In this document: positions 28,340 to 42,580 of the stretch, piece after piece
Position numbering within the stretch: position 1 is the stretch's first letter
How the letters are laid out: each line of letters starts with the position of its first letter
Assembly: GCA_951406725.2 (NCBI GenBank)
Contig: OX597830.1
Location: forward strand, 48,546,001-48,610,000
Direction: 5' to 3'
Length of the DNA: 64,000 bases
Origin: Octopus vulgaris
Taxonomy: Eukaryota
Notes under the pieces: generated by a model
Told to the model about the DNA's origin: nothing
What the model saw: only the letters and a program-made list of their open reading frames with translations
The model's database searches: none
Program-made: the position numbers and the translations under genes

Positions 28340-29090
28340 TTTAAATTTTGACCCTAGGCTACCATGCTCGGGGGAGGGTGCAAGTTGAATACATCGACCC
28401 CAGTGTTCAACTGCGGCGAGCTGGCAGAAACTTTAGCACGCCGGGCGAAATGCTCACCGGTATTTCGTCTGCGTTACGCTGTGAGTTCAAATTCCGCCGA
28501 GGTCGATTTTGCCTTTCATCCTTTCGGGGTCGATAAATTAAGTACCAGTTACGCACTGGGGTCGATGTAATCGACTTAATACCTATGTCTGTCCTTGTTT
28601 GTCCCCTCTGTGTTTAGCCCCTTGTGGGTAATAAAGAAATAGGTATTTATTTTATCGACCCCAGAAGGATGAAATTCAAATTCGTATTCGGTGGGATTTG
28701 AACTAAGAACGTAAAGTTGGACGAAATACCGCTAAGTTCCGCCGAGGTCGACTTTGCCTTTCATCCTTTCGGGGTCGATAAATTAAGTACCAGTTACGCA
28801 CTGGGGTCGATATAATCGACTTAATACCTATGTCTGTCCATGTTTGTCCCTTCTATGTTTAGCCCCTTGTGGGTAATAAATAGGTACTTATTTAATTGAC
28901 TCCGAAAGGATGAAAGGCAAAGTCGAGCTCTGCGGAATTTGAACTCAGAACGTAGCGTCAGACGAAATACGGTTACGTATTTCGCCCGGCGCGCTAACGT
29001 TTCTGCCAGCTCGCCACTTTATTGCGGATAGATGTAATGTGTTAATCTACTCCACCGAATTTGCTGGCCTTGCGCCAAAATTTGAAATCA
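28340..29090. mobile_element. Nested cluster of family A SINEs in alternating orientation
   Basis: 28413-28645 (+) inside a (-) copy; 28736-28884 (+) joined to 28883-29015 (-). Confidence 0.85.
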
Positions 29091-29869
29091 ATAATGAACT
29101 TGGTAATGAAATAGCTTAACACCCATCCGCCACTTCAAGTCTGTGTGAAGAGTTACACTTAGTTATTAATCAAATTCAAGTAAAGTTGTAAATTTGTAAA
29201 ATGGACCGATACTGCTGCCATTGCACCCGCTGCCGTTGCCGCCGCCGTCGCCACCGCCGCAGCTGGTGGTGGTGGTGGTGGTGTAGTTATTGACTGTGGT
29301 AATGGTGATGATGATAGTGATATTGATATTGATGATGCTGGCAGTTGGAGGTGGCAGCAGCAGCGATCTTTTAAAGGCTCTGTGAAACTGTGATGTTAAC
29401 AGTAATATAAATGCTATTGACTGTGATAATGAGTTGTCGTTGGTGTTGTTATTGTTGTTGTTGTCGTTGGTAGTGCTGAAGGTGGTCATCGGTCATCGTG
29501 TTGGGTGTGTCGTAAGTAGTAATAAGGAGCGCCGTTACTAATACGATAGAAAATGTAAAGAATAGTTATGTTGACTAGATAGAGTGGGTGTGACCGTAGC
29601 TAAGTATTTAGGTTGGGCGTGGTTAAGTGGAATGTTATACTGAGAGAGTTATCAAACCTGAAGCAGCTGAGGAAGGTTTGTTCCTCATCCACGACGTGTT
29701 TTCACAAGATTTTCCAAAAGATACGATGCTATCTATACTTCTAACACATTGAAAACATTTTCACGTGTTTATAGTAATAATTTCAAGTCGTGCAAATCGG
29801 ATTTTCTTTCATGCGGTTTATTCGCATCATTTACGTTTTATTTTTCGCAATAGAACTATGTGACAATAC

Positions 29870-30252
29870 GGAGGCGCAATGGCCCAGTGGTTAGGGCAGC
29901 GGACTCGCGGTCATACGATCGCGGTTTCGATTCCCAGACCGGGTGTTGTGAGTGTTTTTTGAGCGAAAACACCTAAAGCTCCACGAGGCTCCGGCAGGGG
30001 ATGGTGGTGAACCCTGCTGTACTCTTTCACCACAACTATCTCTCACTCTTACTTCCTGTTTCTGTTGTACCTGTATTTTAAAGGACCGGCCTTGTCACTC
30101 TCTGTGTCACACTGAATATCCCCGAGAACTACGTTAAGGGTGCACGTGTCCGTAGAGTGCTCAGCCACTTGCACGTTAATTTCACGAGCAGGCTGTGCCG
30201 CTGATTCGGATCAACCGGAACCCTCGTCGTCGTAACCGACGGAGTGCTTCCA
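29870..30252 (+). mobile_element. Full-length tRNA-derived SINE, family C
   Basis: TGGCCCAGTGGTTAGGGC A box, GGTTTCGATTCCC B box; 13-bp TSD ATGTGACA(A/G)TACG at 29858-29870 / 30252-30264. Confidence 0.92.
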
Positions 30253-30496
30253 TGTGACAGTACGCATTTATTTAACTATAATTAACTATAAATTACTCAT
30301 AAATTGTTTATAAATTATCTATTAATTAAATGTAAACATTCGTTCTGTTTTTCTGTGAGGTATATACTTCGAATGGGATCAGCTCTGTCAATTTCAACTG
30401 AAGCTTACCACACTCATGCATTCAAATACACACACATTTAAGTGTGTGTGTTTGTGTGCGTGTGTGTAAGTACATGTGTTTGCATGTGTGTATGTA

Positions 30497-30549
<53 letters not shown>

Positions 30550-30642
30550 TCGGTGCATTAAAAGCTTTCTTAAAATACGTAAATAAATAGGATTTTATTA
30601 GTTAAAACTCTCCAGTTTCTCCTTATAATATTATACATATGC

Positions 30643-30697
<55 letters not shown>

Positions 30698-30784
30698 CAT
30701 ACATATATATATCTATCTACGAATATGTGTGTATATATGTACACACACACACATATATAAATATATACCTATATATATATATGC

Positions 30785-30831
<47 letters not shown>

Positions 30832-30889
30832 GTGTGTATGCATTTAATACACACACACATAGAAACAGAGACAGTGAAAGAGATATCAT

Positions 30890-31130
30890 GGGGCCTTCCC
30901 GAGACATTGGCTCATGAGGCCAGTTTCCCTGGTTCTACGGTGTATATTATATTCCGTCTGGTGGTCAGGCTACCGGTTCCTCGCAGAATTACTCATTTTT
31001 ACCTGCTGAGTGGGATGAAACAACCTAAAATAAAGTTTTTGTGCAACAGTACAACACATCACCCGCTCCAAGAATCGAAACCACAATAGCACTGTCATAA
31101 GCACAAGATTCTAACCACCAAAGCACGTGC
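30890..31130 (-). mobile_element. Degenerate SINE, family D
   Basis: Similar to 17584-17830. Confidence 0.65.
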
Positions 31131-31313
31131 CCATCCACTCACACACACACGTTCAAACACTTGCACACACACACGTGTTATGTATATATGTATATATGTT
31201 TGTATATATATAGATATATACATGTAAATATATATATATATATATATGTCTGTGTATATATACATATATAAATATATGCACATATATGTATATACGTATG
31301 CGTATATATACAT

Positions 31314-31392
<79 letters not shown>

Positions 31393-31913
31393 AATATGCA
31401 TGTATTTACATATGTATATGCGTATACAAACTATTGGTTAAATGTTACTTATTTTGAATTTCGTGTATTAAGTAGTGTCTAATTAGACAGTCGTACCTAT
31501 CAACTTTAAAAAGCTTAACTGTGTTTCTTCTTTACGCCCCCCCTATCCCTGGCTTACCTTCTTTTCGTTTCTTATTAATTCTTTGCATTTTTTTTTTTAT
31601 GTGCATAAACAGAAAAATAATTTTTTTTTGTCCATGAGGATTAATGCCTTATTCAAACTTTTCAAATATTTTCAAACTTTTGCGAAAGTAAAAATTCCGC
31701 TGAGAAAAAAGTATACTCAGATTAATGTTTGATTAAAAAATTAATTGAAAGCATCAAACTCCATACACAAAAATAATCGACGCTCTGCCTTGGTCGACAC
31801 AGGTGCACATCCACTATATTATATGCAGGTATGGGTACCAACACACGAACCTCTCGGACGTTGAATGTTTTCATAACTTCTGCCGATTATTAATTAAAAA
31901 ACGTATACATACA

Positions 31914-31949
<36 letters not shown>

Positions 31950-31980
31950 TATGTGTGTGTGTGTATGTATATATATATGC

Positions 31981-32094
<114 letters not shown>

Positions 32095-32107
32095 TATATA
32101 TATATAA

Positions 32108-32303
32108 ACGGATTTTTGTCAGTGAACAGGCCGCGGTCTTAAAGCGACGAAAATATTTTGACAAATTAAACTTAAATGTTGAAGTGGATCGAACGGCTTT
32201 TGTGTGTTTCTTAAATGGCTTACAAACACCTTCCACGGTGCAATTGTTTTCGTTTCAGCACACGATCTCAGATCAGGTCACTTGCTATGCAAGTACATTT
32301 CCG

Positions 32304-32307
<4 letters not shown>
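32108..32307 (+). mobile_element. Short interspersed repeat, (TA)n on both sides
   Basis: Copy of 25826-25980. Confidence 0.75.
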
Positions 32308-32364
<57 letters not shown>

Positions 32365-32632
32365 TACATATATATGCATGTATGAATGTATGTATCTATT
32401 TATCTGTCTATCTATCTATCTAACTATATATATATATATATAAGTAATTAAGGTTTAGCATATATATATATGTTTATGTGTCTTTATATATTTGTATATA
32501 TATAAGAATGCATATATATATATATATATATATGCATGTGTGTGTGTGTGTGTACATATGTGTGTATATATGTATATATATATGCATATATGTATATATA
32601 CCTATATACATATATGTTTTGCATATAGATAT

Positions 32633-32664
<32 letters not shown>

Positions 32665-32665
32665 T

Positions 32666-32714
<49 letters not shown>

Positions 32715-33499
32715 ATAGTTCATAAATGAGAATCAGATATTCTCCGTATAGAGTACACTTAGTAGTGCTCAAGATATTCAAACTCGAACGGGTATAGAAG
32801 TGAATGTAGGGATAAGCAAGTTAGACCGGTCAATATATAAAGTATATTATAGACATGAAATACAAATACAAAAAAATGTATATGTATGTTTACATACAAA
32901 ATGGTCCGAGTCCCACACACACACCTAGCGCAATTTGACATGCTAGATAAGATATTCAACATAGATTTCTTTAAGTATAGAAATACTTTCGAAACAAACA
33001 TAATCTTTTGTTAAGAACTTATGAAATTTTTTTTTTTACTTCGATAAAACTAAAAATCTTTATAAATTGGAAAATAATTCTTTTACGCGTTTCTAAATAA
33101 AAAAAAATAATTATTATAAAACTATAATAGAAATTATGTGTCATAATGGAAATACTGATACAAAAAATATTACAGCTCATAAACTTCAATTAGATCACGG
33201 ATTCGATTGTTCGGCTGAACGCGAAAATTACTTGCATCCATTTCTAAATACAAGCTAATTAATTTAAGTAATAGATAGAAGTCAGCTAACCTTCAACAAT
33301 AGAATAACCGTATAGCAATCATTGGCTTGTTTAATAATATTAATAATAAAATTGACGCGAAGTTGAACCTCAAAAAGAATGATGTTTCTTGTGTTGAAAA
33401 AAAATGAACTCAGCTCACCACAAAAGTTTGTTTGGCTCTTATATGGGGTCACTTGATGGCGCAGAGATATGCGATACTTTTAGCTTATATATATTCTAG

Positions 33500-34400
33500 A
33501 TATATTTAATAAAACTCTTATCACTAAAGGTACAGTCTTGTGGTTTAGCCATATCAGATGACATGCATTAAGTATATTAAGAAAGTATTTTGCTTACGCA
33601 TTCAATACTTTCGGTCCTAAAAATAACTATTACCACTAAACTCAAACATTATAATTTTTTTAATACTCTTAAATGAAACACAAATACAAACTTTATAGCA
33701 AACCTAATGAAAAATTTACGTATTGATAAAAATTTCTGCTATCCAGTTTTAAAAACTGATTAACCGAATAAAGAAACCTTCGACAAAGCGACCCGAATTA
33801 CAATAAAATAAAAGTATGCAAGAGGGTTCAAATATAAGCTCACACGTTTCCCTTAACCACTGTCATTCGACAGTAAAGACAAACCATTGTATTTTTTTAT
33901 CCAAATCTCGTTTTTCTTTAGTGCTTCCAAGCTTTAATATTTCTGTCAGCCATCGATATAGAAAACAATGCAATAGAATCACACTTAAATATGTTATAAC
34001 TATACTCCTGAAAGGAAAGATTTAATGTATACACGAATATAATCAATTAAGGCTAATTGTACTTGTAAGAATGTAAATGAATGCGCTCTCAATTAGTCAT
34101 GCAACGCTGAACCGATTATACATGAAGCAGGATTCATCATCAATGGAAAATAAATAGAGATTTAACTAGTGCGCAAACCCTGAAGGAACATTGGAAAGAG
34201 GAAAGAAGGATATTTCAACCACACTTCTTTCAGAAATAAAGTAGAATGCAACAAAACGGTAGAGCATTTGAAAGTTCGTGCTACTGCTTCCGACAAAGGA
34301 TGAAGCCCATAAAAAAGATTTTGTGTTAGTCACGGCTGAAGTAAAGAAGTTTCATATTCAAAAGTTCTAAAAACTTTGCAGCCTATGTAAATGTCAAGTC
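33500..34400 (+). mobile_element. Possible decayed Penelope-like 3' (GIY-YIG) region
   Basis: Remnants NRITLK..., CTCKNVNECAL, CNAEPIIHEA, EGTLER...TSFRNK across broken frames. Confidence 0.3.
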
Positions 34401-34941
34401 AGAATTCTTCACCAAATATTGCCAATTCGACAAGTAACTCCCGTAACACTGGAAGGTTTTCCTACCACCTAATTGACAGAATCCAAAATTAGCTTCTAAA
34501 CAGTTTCCGACTCACTCATCAGACGCTCTTGAATTCACTTTGGTTTATAACAATATTTTCATTAATAACTTGTAACTGTAAATTTCTATACTGATTTCTA
34601 TGTAGTTTTATCTAATTAATTATACACTTTATGCTATAAATGCCTTCGATTTCTATATTTTCTCCAATATTTTAAGCCCTTCACCTTCTTTTCACTAAAA
34701 TACCAAACGGAAATAACATGACTCTCACTAAATTTTCCGTACTGAGTTCACTGGATCGTACCATTTTCAGCCATATTAAAGTAGCAGAAATTGGGAATAA
34801 TAAAACAAAAATTCCATTTGTGTTTCAAATATTTTAATGCAGTTTGGGTTTGTCGTCTGCTGATTGTTTAACATAAGCGCAACAGAGAAAGTTGGAGTAG
34901 CGATGCATTATTAATAACGGACTAAATCAGCGTATCTATAT

Positions 34942-35070
<129 letters not shown>

Positions 35071-35131
35071 ATATACATGTAAGTGCATATAAATATATGT
35101 ATGTATATATATGTATATATATATATGTATA

Positions 35132-35241
<110 letters not shown>

Positions 35242-35296
35242 TATATGTGTCTATGCACATGTGCTTATTTACGAATACTGACACATATAAATGTAC

Positions 35297-35335
<39 letters not shown>

Positions 35336-35420
35336 CATACATATATAGTGAGAATTTACAAAAAAACAAAAGGCGAAGACTGGTGTGTAAACAACAAACA
35401 TATATATATGTATATATATG

Positions 35421-35467
<47 letters not shown>

Positions 35468-35468
<1 letters not shown>

Positions 35469-35615
35469 CGAGGGTTTCTTTCCGTTTCCGTCTACCAAAT
35501 CCACTCACAAGGCTTTGGTCGGCCCGAGGCTATAGAAGAAGACACTTGGCCATGGTGCCATAGTGTCACGCAATGGGACTGAACCCGGAACCATGTGGTT
35601 GGTAAGCAAGCTACC
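35468..35615 (-). mobile_element. 5' part of SINE, family B
   Basis: Reverse complement of the head. Confidence 0.8.
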
Positions 35616-35639
35616 TATACACACACACACACACACACG

Positions 35640-35685
<46 letters not shown>

Positions 35686-35731
35686 TAGACATATGATAGA
35701 AAATGGAATGAACGACACTTTATTTTAAAAT

Positions 35732-35837
35732 CACTACAACCGTTTCGATACATTTTTACACCCGTAGTACATTGGTGAGATGTGTAATCATTATTATCCA
35801 TCCAAGTGATTGCTTTAATAAGTTCTTCGTCAGGTCC
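35732..35837 (-). ncRNA. Hammerhead motif with a long loop II
   Basis: GGAC-CTGACGA-aGA...TC-GAAA-CGGTTG-TA-GTGA; core intact, stems I and II weakened. Confidence 0.55.
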
Positions 35838-36066
35838 CACAGTCATTTCAGTCATTTCATTAAGTGGGAGAATGCATCCTCAAAGCAGTGCGTCATTTTC
35901 AACAGTATACAGAACTCATAAATATAGCGACAGGAAAATACAGTTATAAGAAAAACGCAACATACAGAAATGAAGAAACAAACAAATAAAGATAAGACCA
36001 TAACTGGAGACGAGCTTCGCATAGCAAACAACAGGGTTTTTACCTGAATCTTATTTCACTCGCATG

Positions 36067-36460
36067 TATGAGCAAAACGCCCCCCGTCCAATGGACGGTG
36101 CTGGGTTGTCAAACATTTAAGCCAAATTTTCTCAAAACAACTTGTCCGATCGTCCCAAAGGCCTCCCCTTTGAGAAACACTGATTTAACATGAATTTGAG
36201 ACACCGTGCATTTTTCTCGCGTACGCGTAGTATCGATCGCAACAGCTGATGTACTTGCGCGTACAAATGCACATTCCCACGGCTTTATCGATCGCATTCT
36301 CACCTGGAATCGATTTTTGAAATTGTTTCAAGACTTATACACGCCCTGATACCGTCGGTATCTACATATCAAATTTGAGTGCAATCGGATGGAGGATGCC
36401 CGAGATCCTAGAAGACACACACACAGACAGACAGACAGAACGGATTTTATATAATAGATA
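36067..36460 (+). mobile_element. Helentron/Helitron-associated non-autonomous element (DINE-1/HINE-like)
   Basis: 5' hairpin CCGTCCAATGGACGG; 3' CAAATTTGAG..AATCGG, (CAGA)n and TTTTATATAATAGAT end. Confidence 0.6.
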
Positions 36461-36481
36461 TATATTTATATATATACATAT

Positions 36482-36538
<57 letters not shown>

Positions 36539-36751
36539 GAGAGAGAGAGAGAGAGGGAGAGGGCGAGAGAAAGAGACAGACAGTTATACTATCTGCTTCT
36601 CTCTTCAAATGCAAGTAAAGCCACAACATACATTTGGGATCTTAAGCCACAGGAAGCACCAGATTTGCTGAAACCTAGCTGATCTGGGATCATCAATTGT
36701 AGCAAATGTTATCAATCATAAGATGATCAGGGGCTAAACATCACTATCATT

Positions 36752-36784
<33 letters not shown>

Positions 36785-36936
36785 GTTATCACCACTACCA
36801 CCGCTACCACCACCACCACTAACAACAACAACAACTTCTAAATCAGCTATAAAAATCTAATATTTCCAGTTAAGCTGTTACTAATATATAGCCATTGTAA
36901 TGAGTGTGTGTGTACGTATGTGTATGTGTATGTGTA

Positions 36937-36996
<60 letters not shown>

Positions 36997-37387
36997 TATC
37001 AACTTTTCAGCTCGTCTATTCTCTCGACCACTTCATACAATAAGGAAAGCAACAGATAAGAGGAGCATCTGCTACTGTAACACCAGCCTTCTTGTCGCAG
37101 TTTCTTCCCCCAAAACAACCCCCCCCCACTCTATGCTCCATACCAAACCATATACATCACATATCTTATTTTACATGAAAATATCTGTGTATAATCACAA
37201 ATGCACACACACACACACACGCACGCACACAAATATATAAATGGGGTGTGTGTGTGTCTGTGAGAGGGAGAGAGAGAGGGAGTGAGCGTGTGTATATGTC
37301 TATGTCTGCGTGTATATAATAAGCATGCTTATACGTAGGTATGCATGTGTATAAGCACATGCAAATGTATTTGTGTATATGGATGTA

Positions 37388-37430
<43 letters not shown>

Positions 37431-37552
37431 ATATCTGTATATATATATATATATATATACATACATATACATACATATATGTGTGTGTACATATATATAT
37501 ATATATATGTATGTATGTATGTATATATAATACACACACATATAATAGACAC

Positions 37553-37624
<72 letters not shown>

Positions 37625-38083
37625 CATATCCACATATGCTGAAATTTTGTCTGGATGTGTGTTCCTGTGCATGGATCTATACCTGCTTGTCTTAATTAAC
37701 GTGTCTTCTAATCTTATATATGTGTGCGTATACATGCAAGATTGGATGCATGTTTGCATGAATCTCAGATACACACATGTACACGCATGTACATATAAGT
37801 GTGCGTGTGTGTGTATGTGTGTGCGTGTGTGTTTGTATAGATATATGCATGTGTGTATGTATATATTTGAAGCGAATTTCAATTTAGACATTTAGGAAGC
37901 GAAGTTCTAAGAGGTCGATTTTCCTTCTTGCAACCAGGGAAAAAAATCGGTAAAAGAATCTCGATTGGTGTAATAAGAAGGAAATTCTGAATATAATGAT
38001 GCTAATAATAGTTTTATGGAATTATGGGAAAGGTGAGAAATACTAGCAAAAGAAACCCTATTGAATGAGCAAGATGGCTAGAT

Positions 38084-38168
<85 letters not shown>

Positions 38169-38177
38169 CAGACAGAC

Positions 38178-38244
<67 letters not shown>

Positions 38245-38328
38245 CAGGTAGATAGATAAGTGTGTATGTATATGCGTAAAATACAAGTAGAATATAATAT
38301 ATATGTTATATACAATATGTATAAAATG

Positions 38329-38375
<47 letters not shown>

Positions 38376-38505
38376 TGTGTGTGTATGTGTGTGTATGTGT
38401 GTGTCTGTGAGTGCGTGTGTGTACGCAGATACTCACTGTACCTACAGAGGTGCATGCATATATGCACACGTACACGTACATGAGAAATTACTAAGTTTCT
38501 ACATT

Positions 38506-38612
<107 letters not shown>

Positions 38613-38850
38613 TTATATAAATAAGGATAAGATCAATATTTAAATACCGATCTTATCAGGTGGTCAGCATGGGAATAAAAACCTTTCAAAGGTAATAATT
38701 ATTTAAATTTATAATTTAGGGTATCTAAGAGATACCATCACGCTGGAAATAGCAGCCAAAACTTGACTCTAAAACCACATTAAATGTTCATACAGCACCA
38801 GAAGGAAAGACAAAGAGACTAAATAAACTATCAAAAAAATTACTGGACAG

Positions 38851-38906
38851 TTCCAGATCCCGGATTTCTGGCTCTGCATAAGAAATGCCTTGCCTTCATC
38901 AATGGA
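38851..38906 (-). ncRNA. Hammerhead ribozyme motif in a (TA)n-flanked cassette
   Basis: TTCCA-TTGATGA-a-GGC...GCC-a-GAAA-TCC-g-GGA-TC-TGGAA; 5-bp stem I, AUC site, C3U. Confidence 0.7.
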
Positions 38907-38965
38907 ATACACTCAGATAGCACTTAAATACAAATATAAATATATACACAACATACGATAAACTT

Positions 38966-39040
<75 letters not shown>

Positions 39041-39631
39041 CATACATGTATGAATGTAAGCTGACACATACGCGCGCACACATATATATGACATGTAATG
39101 CACAAGCTATACATTACCATATGATACATATCGCGTAAATACATACATACATACATGGATACATACATACATACATGCATTAGAGTGATGGATTAACAGT
39201 ATTGTATATTCGAAAAAATTCTTCATGGAATTAGTTTTAGGCTCGATTAGATGCAGTACCAGTTAAATACTGGGGCGTTGGTATTGATTGACACCCTCAT
39301 CTCAAAAATGCTGGTTTTGTACCTAAATGAAGAACAACTACACACACACACACACACACACACACACTCATGCATATATGCATACGTACGCACATAAACA
39401 CACATTCATACACAACACAGGGAATGATAAAAAGAGGCAGAGAGAGGGAGAGAGAGCGAAATGTGCAAAAAGTTTGTTCGTTCAATAGAATAGATATGGA
39501 GCTAGATAGCTATCAGATAGTGTATATTTTTATATATAAAAGATGGAGGTGGAAATAGCACAGAAGTAAATCTAAGACAGTTCGATTTAAGGAGGAATTT
39601 AATAAAATGATTTTTAAAATCATATAAAGAA

Positions 39632-39674
39632 AATATTACCGGTTTCGATGATGAATCTCATCTTATCAAATATC
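39632..39674 (-). ncRNA. Minimal hammerhead motif with U3-A8 core variant
   Basis: GATAT-TTGATAA-GATGA-gattca-TCATC-GAAA-CCGG-TA-ATATT. Confidence 0.65.
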
Positions 39675-40497
39675 AATAGAAATTTATAAAAAAATCTTAA
39701 GTAAAATCGGTTTATCTTCCGTCAGGAGGTCAAAAACATTTCTGGTGATTTTTCGTTGAAGTCTTCTTTAAATACAGTTTGGTATAGAGTTCAAAGTGTT
39801 AAATAGTCTGCTATGTATATGTGCTTATATGTAAGTATTCGTATGTTGTATATATACATACATATGGGTTTTCCCACGCCCGTCTCCGCGGGACCACTCT
39901 TCCATCTTCCCCTCAGCTGGAGTCCTTTTTCCTTAACCCCCCCTTTTTTGTTACACACGCGCGCACACATATACACACCCACTCACACACACACATTGCT
40001 TAAATATATACATTACTCTTACACACATTCAATCTACTCGCCATTAATACTACCACGACACTGGACACACACACACACTACTACTCAACACACGCTGGCA
40101 CGCTACATACGCCCCCACCACTTCCCCTCCCTCCGTTCCTCCTTCCATCTTTTTCTTTCTCTTACTACTGACCACTGTCTGCTATGCCTACTACTGTCTC
40201 GCCCTACCTCACACGCCTACACACAGACGCACACACTAACACATACATATATTTTTTGTTTTTTTATCTCGCCTCACACACACATACACACACGCACACG
40301 CACACACTCACACATACACACACATCTGTTGCGTTACCAACCCTGTCTCCACTCTTTTGGCTTTAAAAACCTACTTTGCTCTTGTTATCGTAAACTTCCG
40401 CCTTTCACCATGTGTAACTCGTAAACACCAGTCGTTTTTTTCTCCATCTCCTGTTGCCCGCTTTGGGATCTTTCTTTCCTCTCTCTTCCTTCTTTAT

Positions 40498-40532
40498 GTT
40501 TCCGACGAAGAGCTCCGCTCGAAACGTCATAC
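40498..40532 (+). ncRNA. Minimal hammerhead motif near the 3' end of a pyrimidine-rich element (about 39860-40627)
   Basis: GTTT-CCGACGA-A-GAGC-tcc-GCTC-GAAA-CG-TC-ATAC; followed about 95 nt later by (TA)n. Confidence 0.65.
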
Positions 40533-40622
40533 CTTCCTGCTTCCATATTTCCACGAGCGCCTATTAATAATAATACTGTAATTGTTCCATTGTTGTTGTT
40601 TTTTTGTTTTCCCGTTTGGATT

Positions 40623-40672
<50 letters not shown>

Positions 40673-40708
40673 ATTATGTACTAATTTTAGTGTGTTCCTA
40701 CTGATGAA

Positions 40709-40965
40709 GGCAAAGAAACCGTTTTCGTCAGATGACTACATAGACTTCGAACACTAAGGACAAACTAATTGCTTTAACATATTCGTATCACCAATGGAGC
40801 TGAAATAGCTACATTTATTCGGCTGCTATATTCTGCCAAAGATATAGCAGCCGAATAAATGTAACTATTTCAGCTCCGTTGGTGATACGAATATGTTAAA
40901 GCAATTAGTTTGTCCTTTTTTGTTTGAAGTCTCTGCAATCATCTGACGAAAACGGTTTCTTTGCC
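40709..40965. repeat. Long hairpin (about 123-bp arms, 10-nt loop)
   Basis: 40709-40831 vs 40842-40965, few mismatches. Confidence 0.95.
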
Positions 40966-41025
40966 ACGTTCTAATGATTTCATTAATCAATTAAAGGAGT
41001 CGCTTGAAACGGCCGTAATGAATTG
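40936..41025 (+). ncRNA. Type I hammerhead ribozyme with intact core
   Basis: CAATCAT-CTGACGA-AAACGGTTTCTTT-(30 nt)-AAAGGAGTCGCTT-GAAA-CGGCCG-TA-ATGAATTG; stem II 12/13 paired including G-U; palindromic stem III. Confidence 0.8.
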
Positions 41026-41050
41026 ACACCTGTACATCTTTGTTACTCAC

Positions 41051-41094
<44 letters not shown>

Positions 41095-41129
41095 AGCACA
41101 TGCACACACACACACACTTACACATACAC

Positions 41130-41163
<34 letters not shown>

Positions 41164-41469
41164 GGTATGGGATTATAAATTCAGCAAAAACAATTAAGAT
41201 TCAAGTGAATTCCAATGAATTCAAATGAATATGGTACTTAACTTAGATGCACCAGAATTCTTTATGGTATTAACCATAGAACAATGTGGGGTGATTATAA
41301 CATATATATATATATATACATACATACACAAATATATCTGTATTTATCTTTTACTTGTTTCATTCATTAGACCTCAGCCATGCTGGAGCATATATATGCG
41401 AAAATGTAACCACATGTGAATCGGTGGCAATTTTCTTCCTCCGTCTTCCTTTCTATTGGACCTTCTTCT

Positions 41470-41504
41470 GTTTCTGAAGAAGAGCGTTAATCGAAACGTT
41501 AAAC
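41470..41504 (+). ncRNA. Minimal hammerhead motif in a short element (about 41395-41608)
   Basis: GTTT-CTGAAGA-A-GA-gcgttaa-TC-GAAA-CG-TT-AAAC; same family as 40498-40532. Confidence 0.6.
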
Positions 41505-41625
41505 CATCTTTCTTTCCTTCTCTGAGCGTCTGCTAATACTTTACATGTACCACTTCGTCGCGATGTTGTTGTTTTTTGTGTGTTTGTTCCTCTTTTTTGG
41601 GATTTACTATATATATATATATATG

Positions 41626-41695
<70 letters not shown>

Positions 41696-42580
41696 CAAAC
41701 AGAGAAAGAGAGAGAGAGAAAGAGAGAGAGAAAGATAGCGAGAGAGAGAAAGAGATAGAGATAGAGAAAGAGAACCAGTAAAGCAACAGATAAAATGGTT
41801 GGATTATTTATAGTTGTGTTTCTAATTTCAAATCTTGCGGACACCGTCTTTTCGTTCATTCTTCCAGGATTTATAAATTAAGTACCAGTAATATGCTAGT
41901 GTCTATACACTCAACTACGCACCTGATCCAAATTACTGGTCTTTATTTTAAAAGAAACGACTATTTCTGTGTAGCTGTTTTGCTGTTGATGTCGATATTA
42001 AATAAAGCTTAAATCATCATCACCTAGGAACAGCAAAAGTATAATTGTATAAATATATATAATTGTTCGTTATTAGCGGCAGAAGCAGTTTTAGCTCCGA
42101 ATGGCGATCTGTATATCTTAGATATATTGTAAGAAAGCCATACCACTGCAGTATCCGTCAAAGAAGTTTTACCCAGCCTGCCAGCTACCGATGACGCCCT
42201 AAAACGCAGAAATTACGAGATCAACCAATTCCAACGCCGTTGCTAGCCATTCTTTCTCTGCTACTAATACTTTTAATCCTTTTTAGCACCATACATCTAA
42301 ACGTGATGCCCTCTTAAGACGAATACCGCAGTTTATGGCTTTCTTACGTTAAGGTATACAAGTTGCTATATAATTTATGGCTTTCCACGTTAAGTAAGAT
42401 ATACAGGTTGCTATATAATTATACGACTGCACAAACTTATATAATTGTATAATAATGATAGACTGATTAAGGGGCTGTAACTCGCTTAATACATACCAGG
42501 CAATAAGTCTTTCTTAAAAATCCTTTTTTTCTGACTTGAACGAATTCTTGATATTTGAAAATTTAATGAGGGATATTATT

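Noticed and set aside
29166-29489. 107-aa Thr/Gly/Asn-rich ORF
   Set aside because: Mixed trinucleotide low-complexity DNA with no domain or splice support
29870-29945. tRNA gene
   Set aside because: tRNA-like head continues into a SINE body with a TSD; the same holds for the other SINE heads
35505-35855. 116-aa ORF starting MTEMTVGPDEEL
   Set aside because: Spans a hammerhead cassette, a CA repeat and a SINE
42185-42230. CCGATGA..GC..GC-AGAAA hammerhead candidate
   Set aside because: Stems I and III are not convincing
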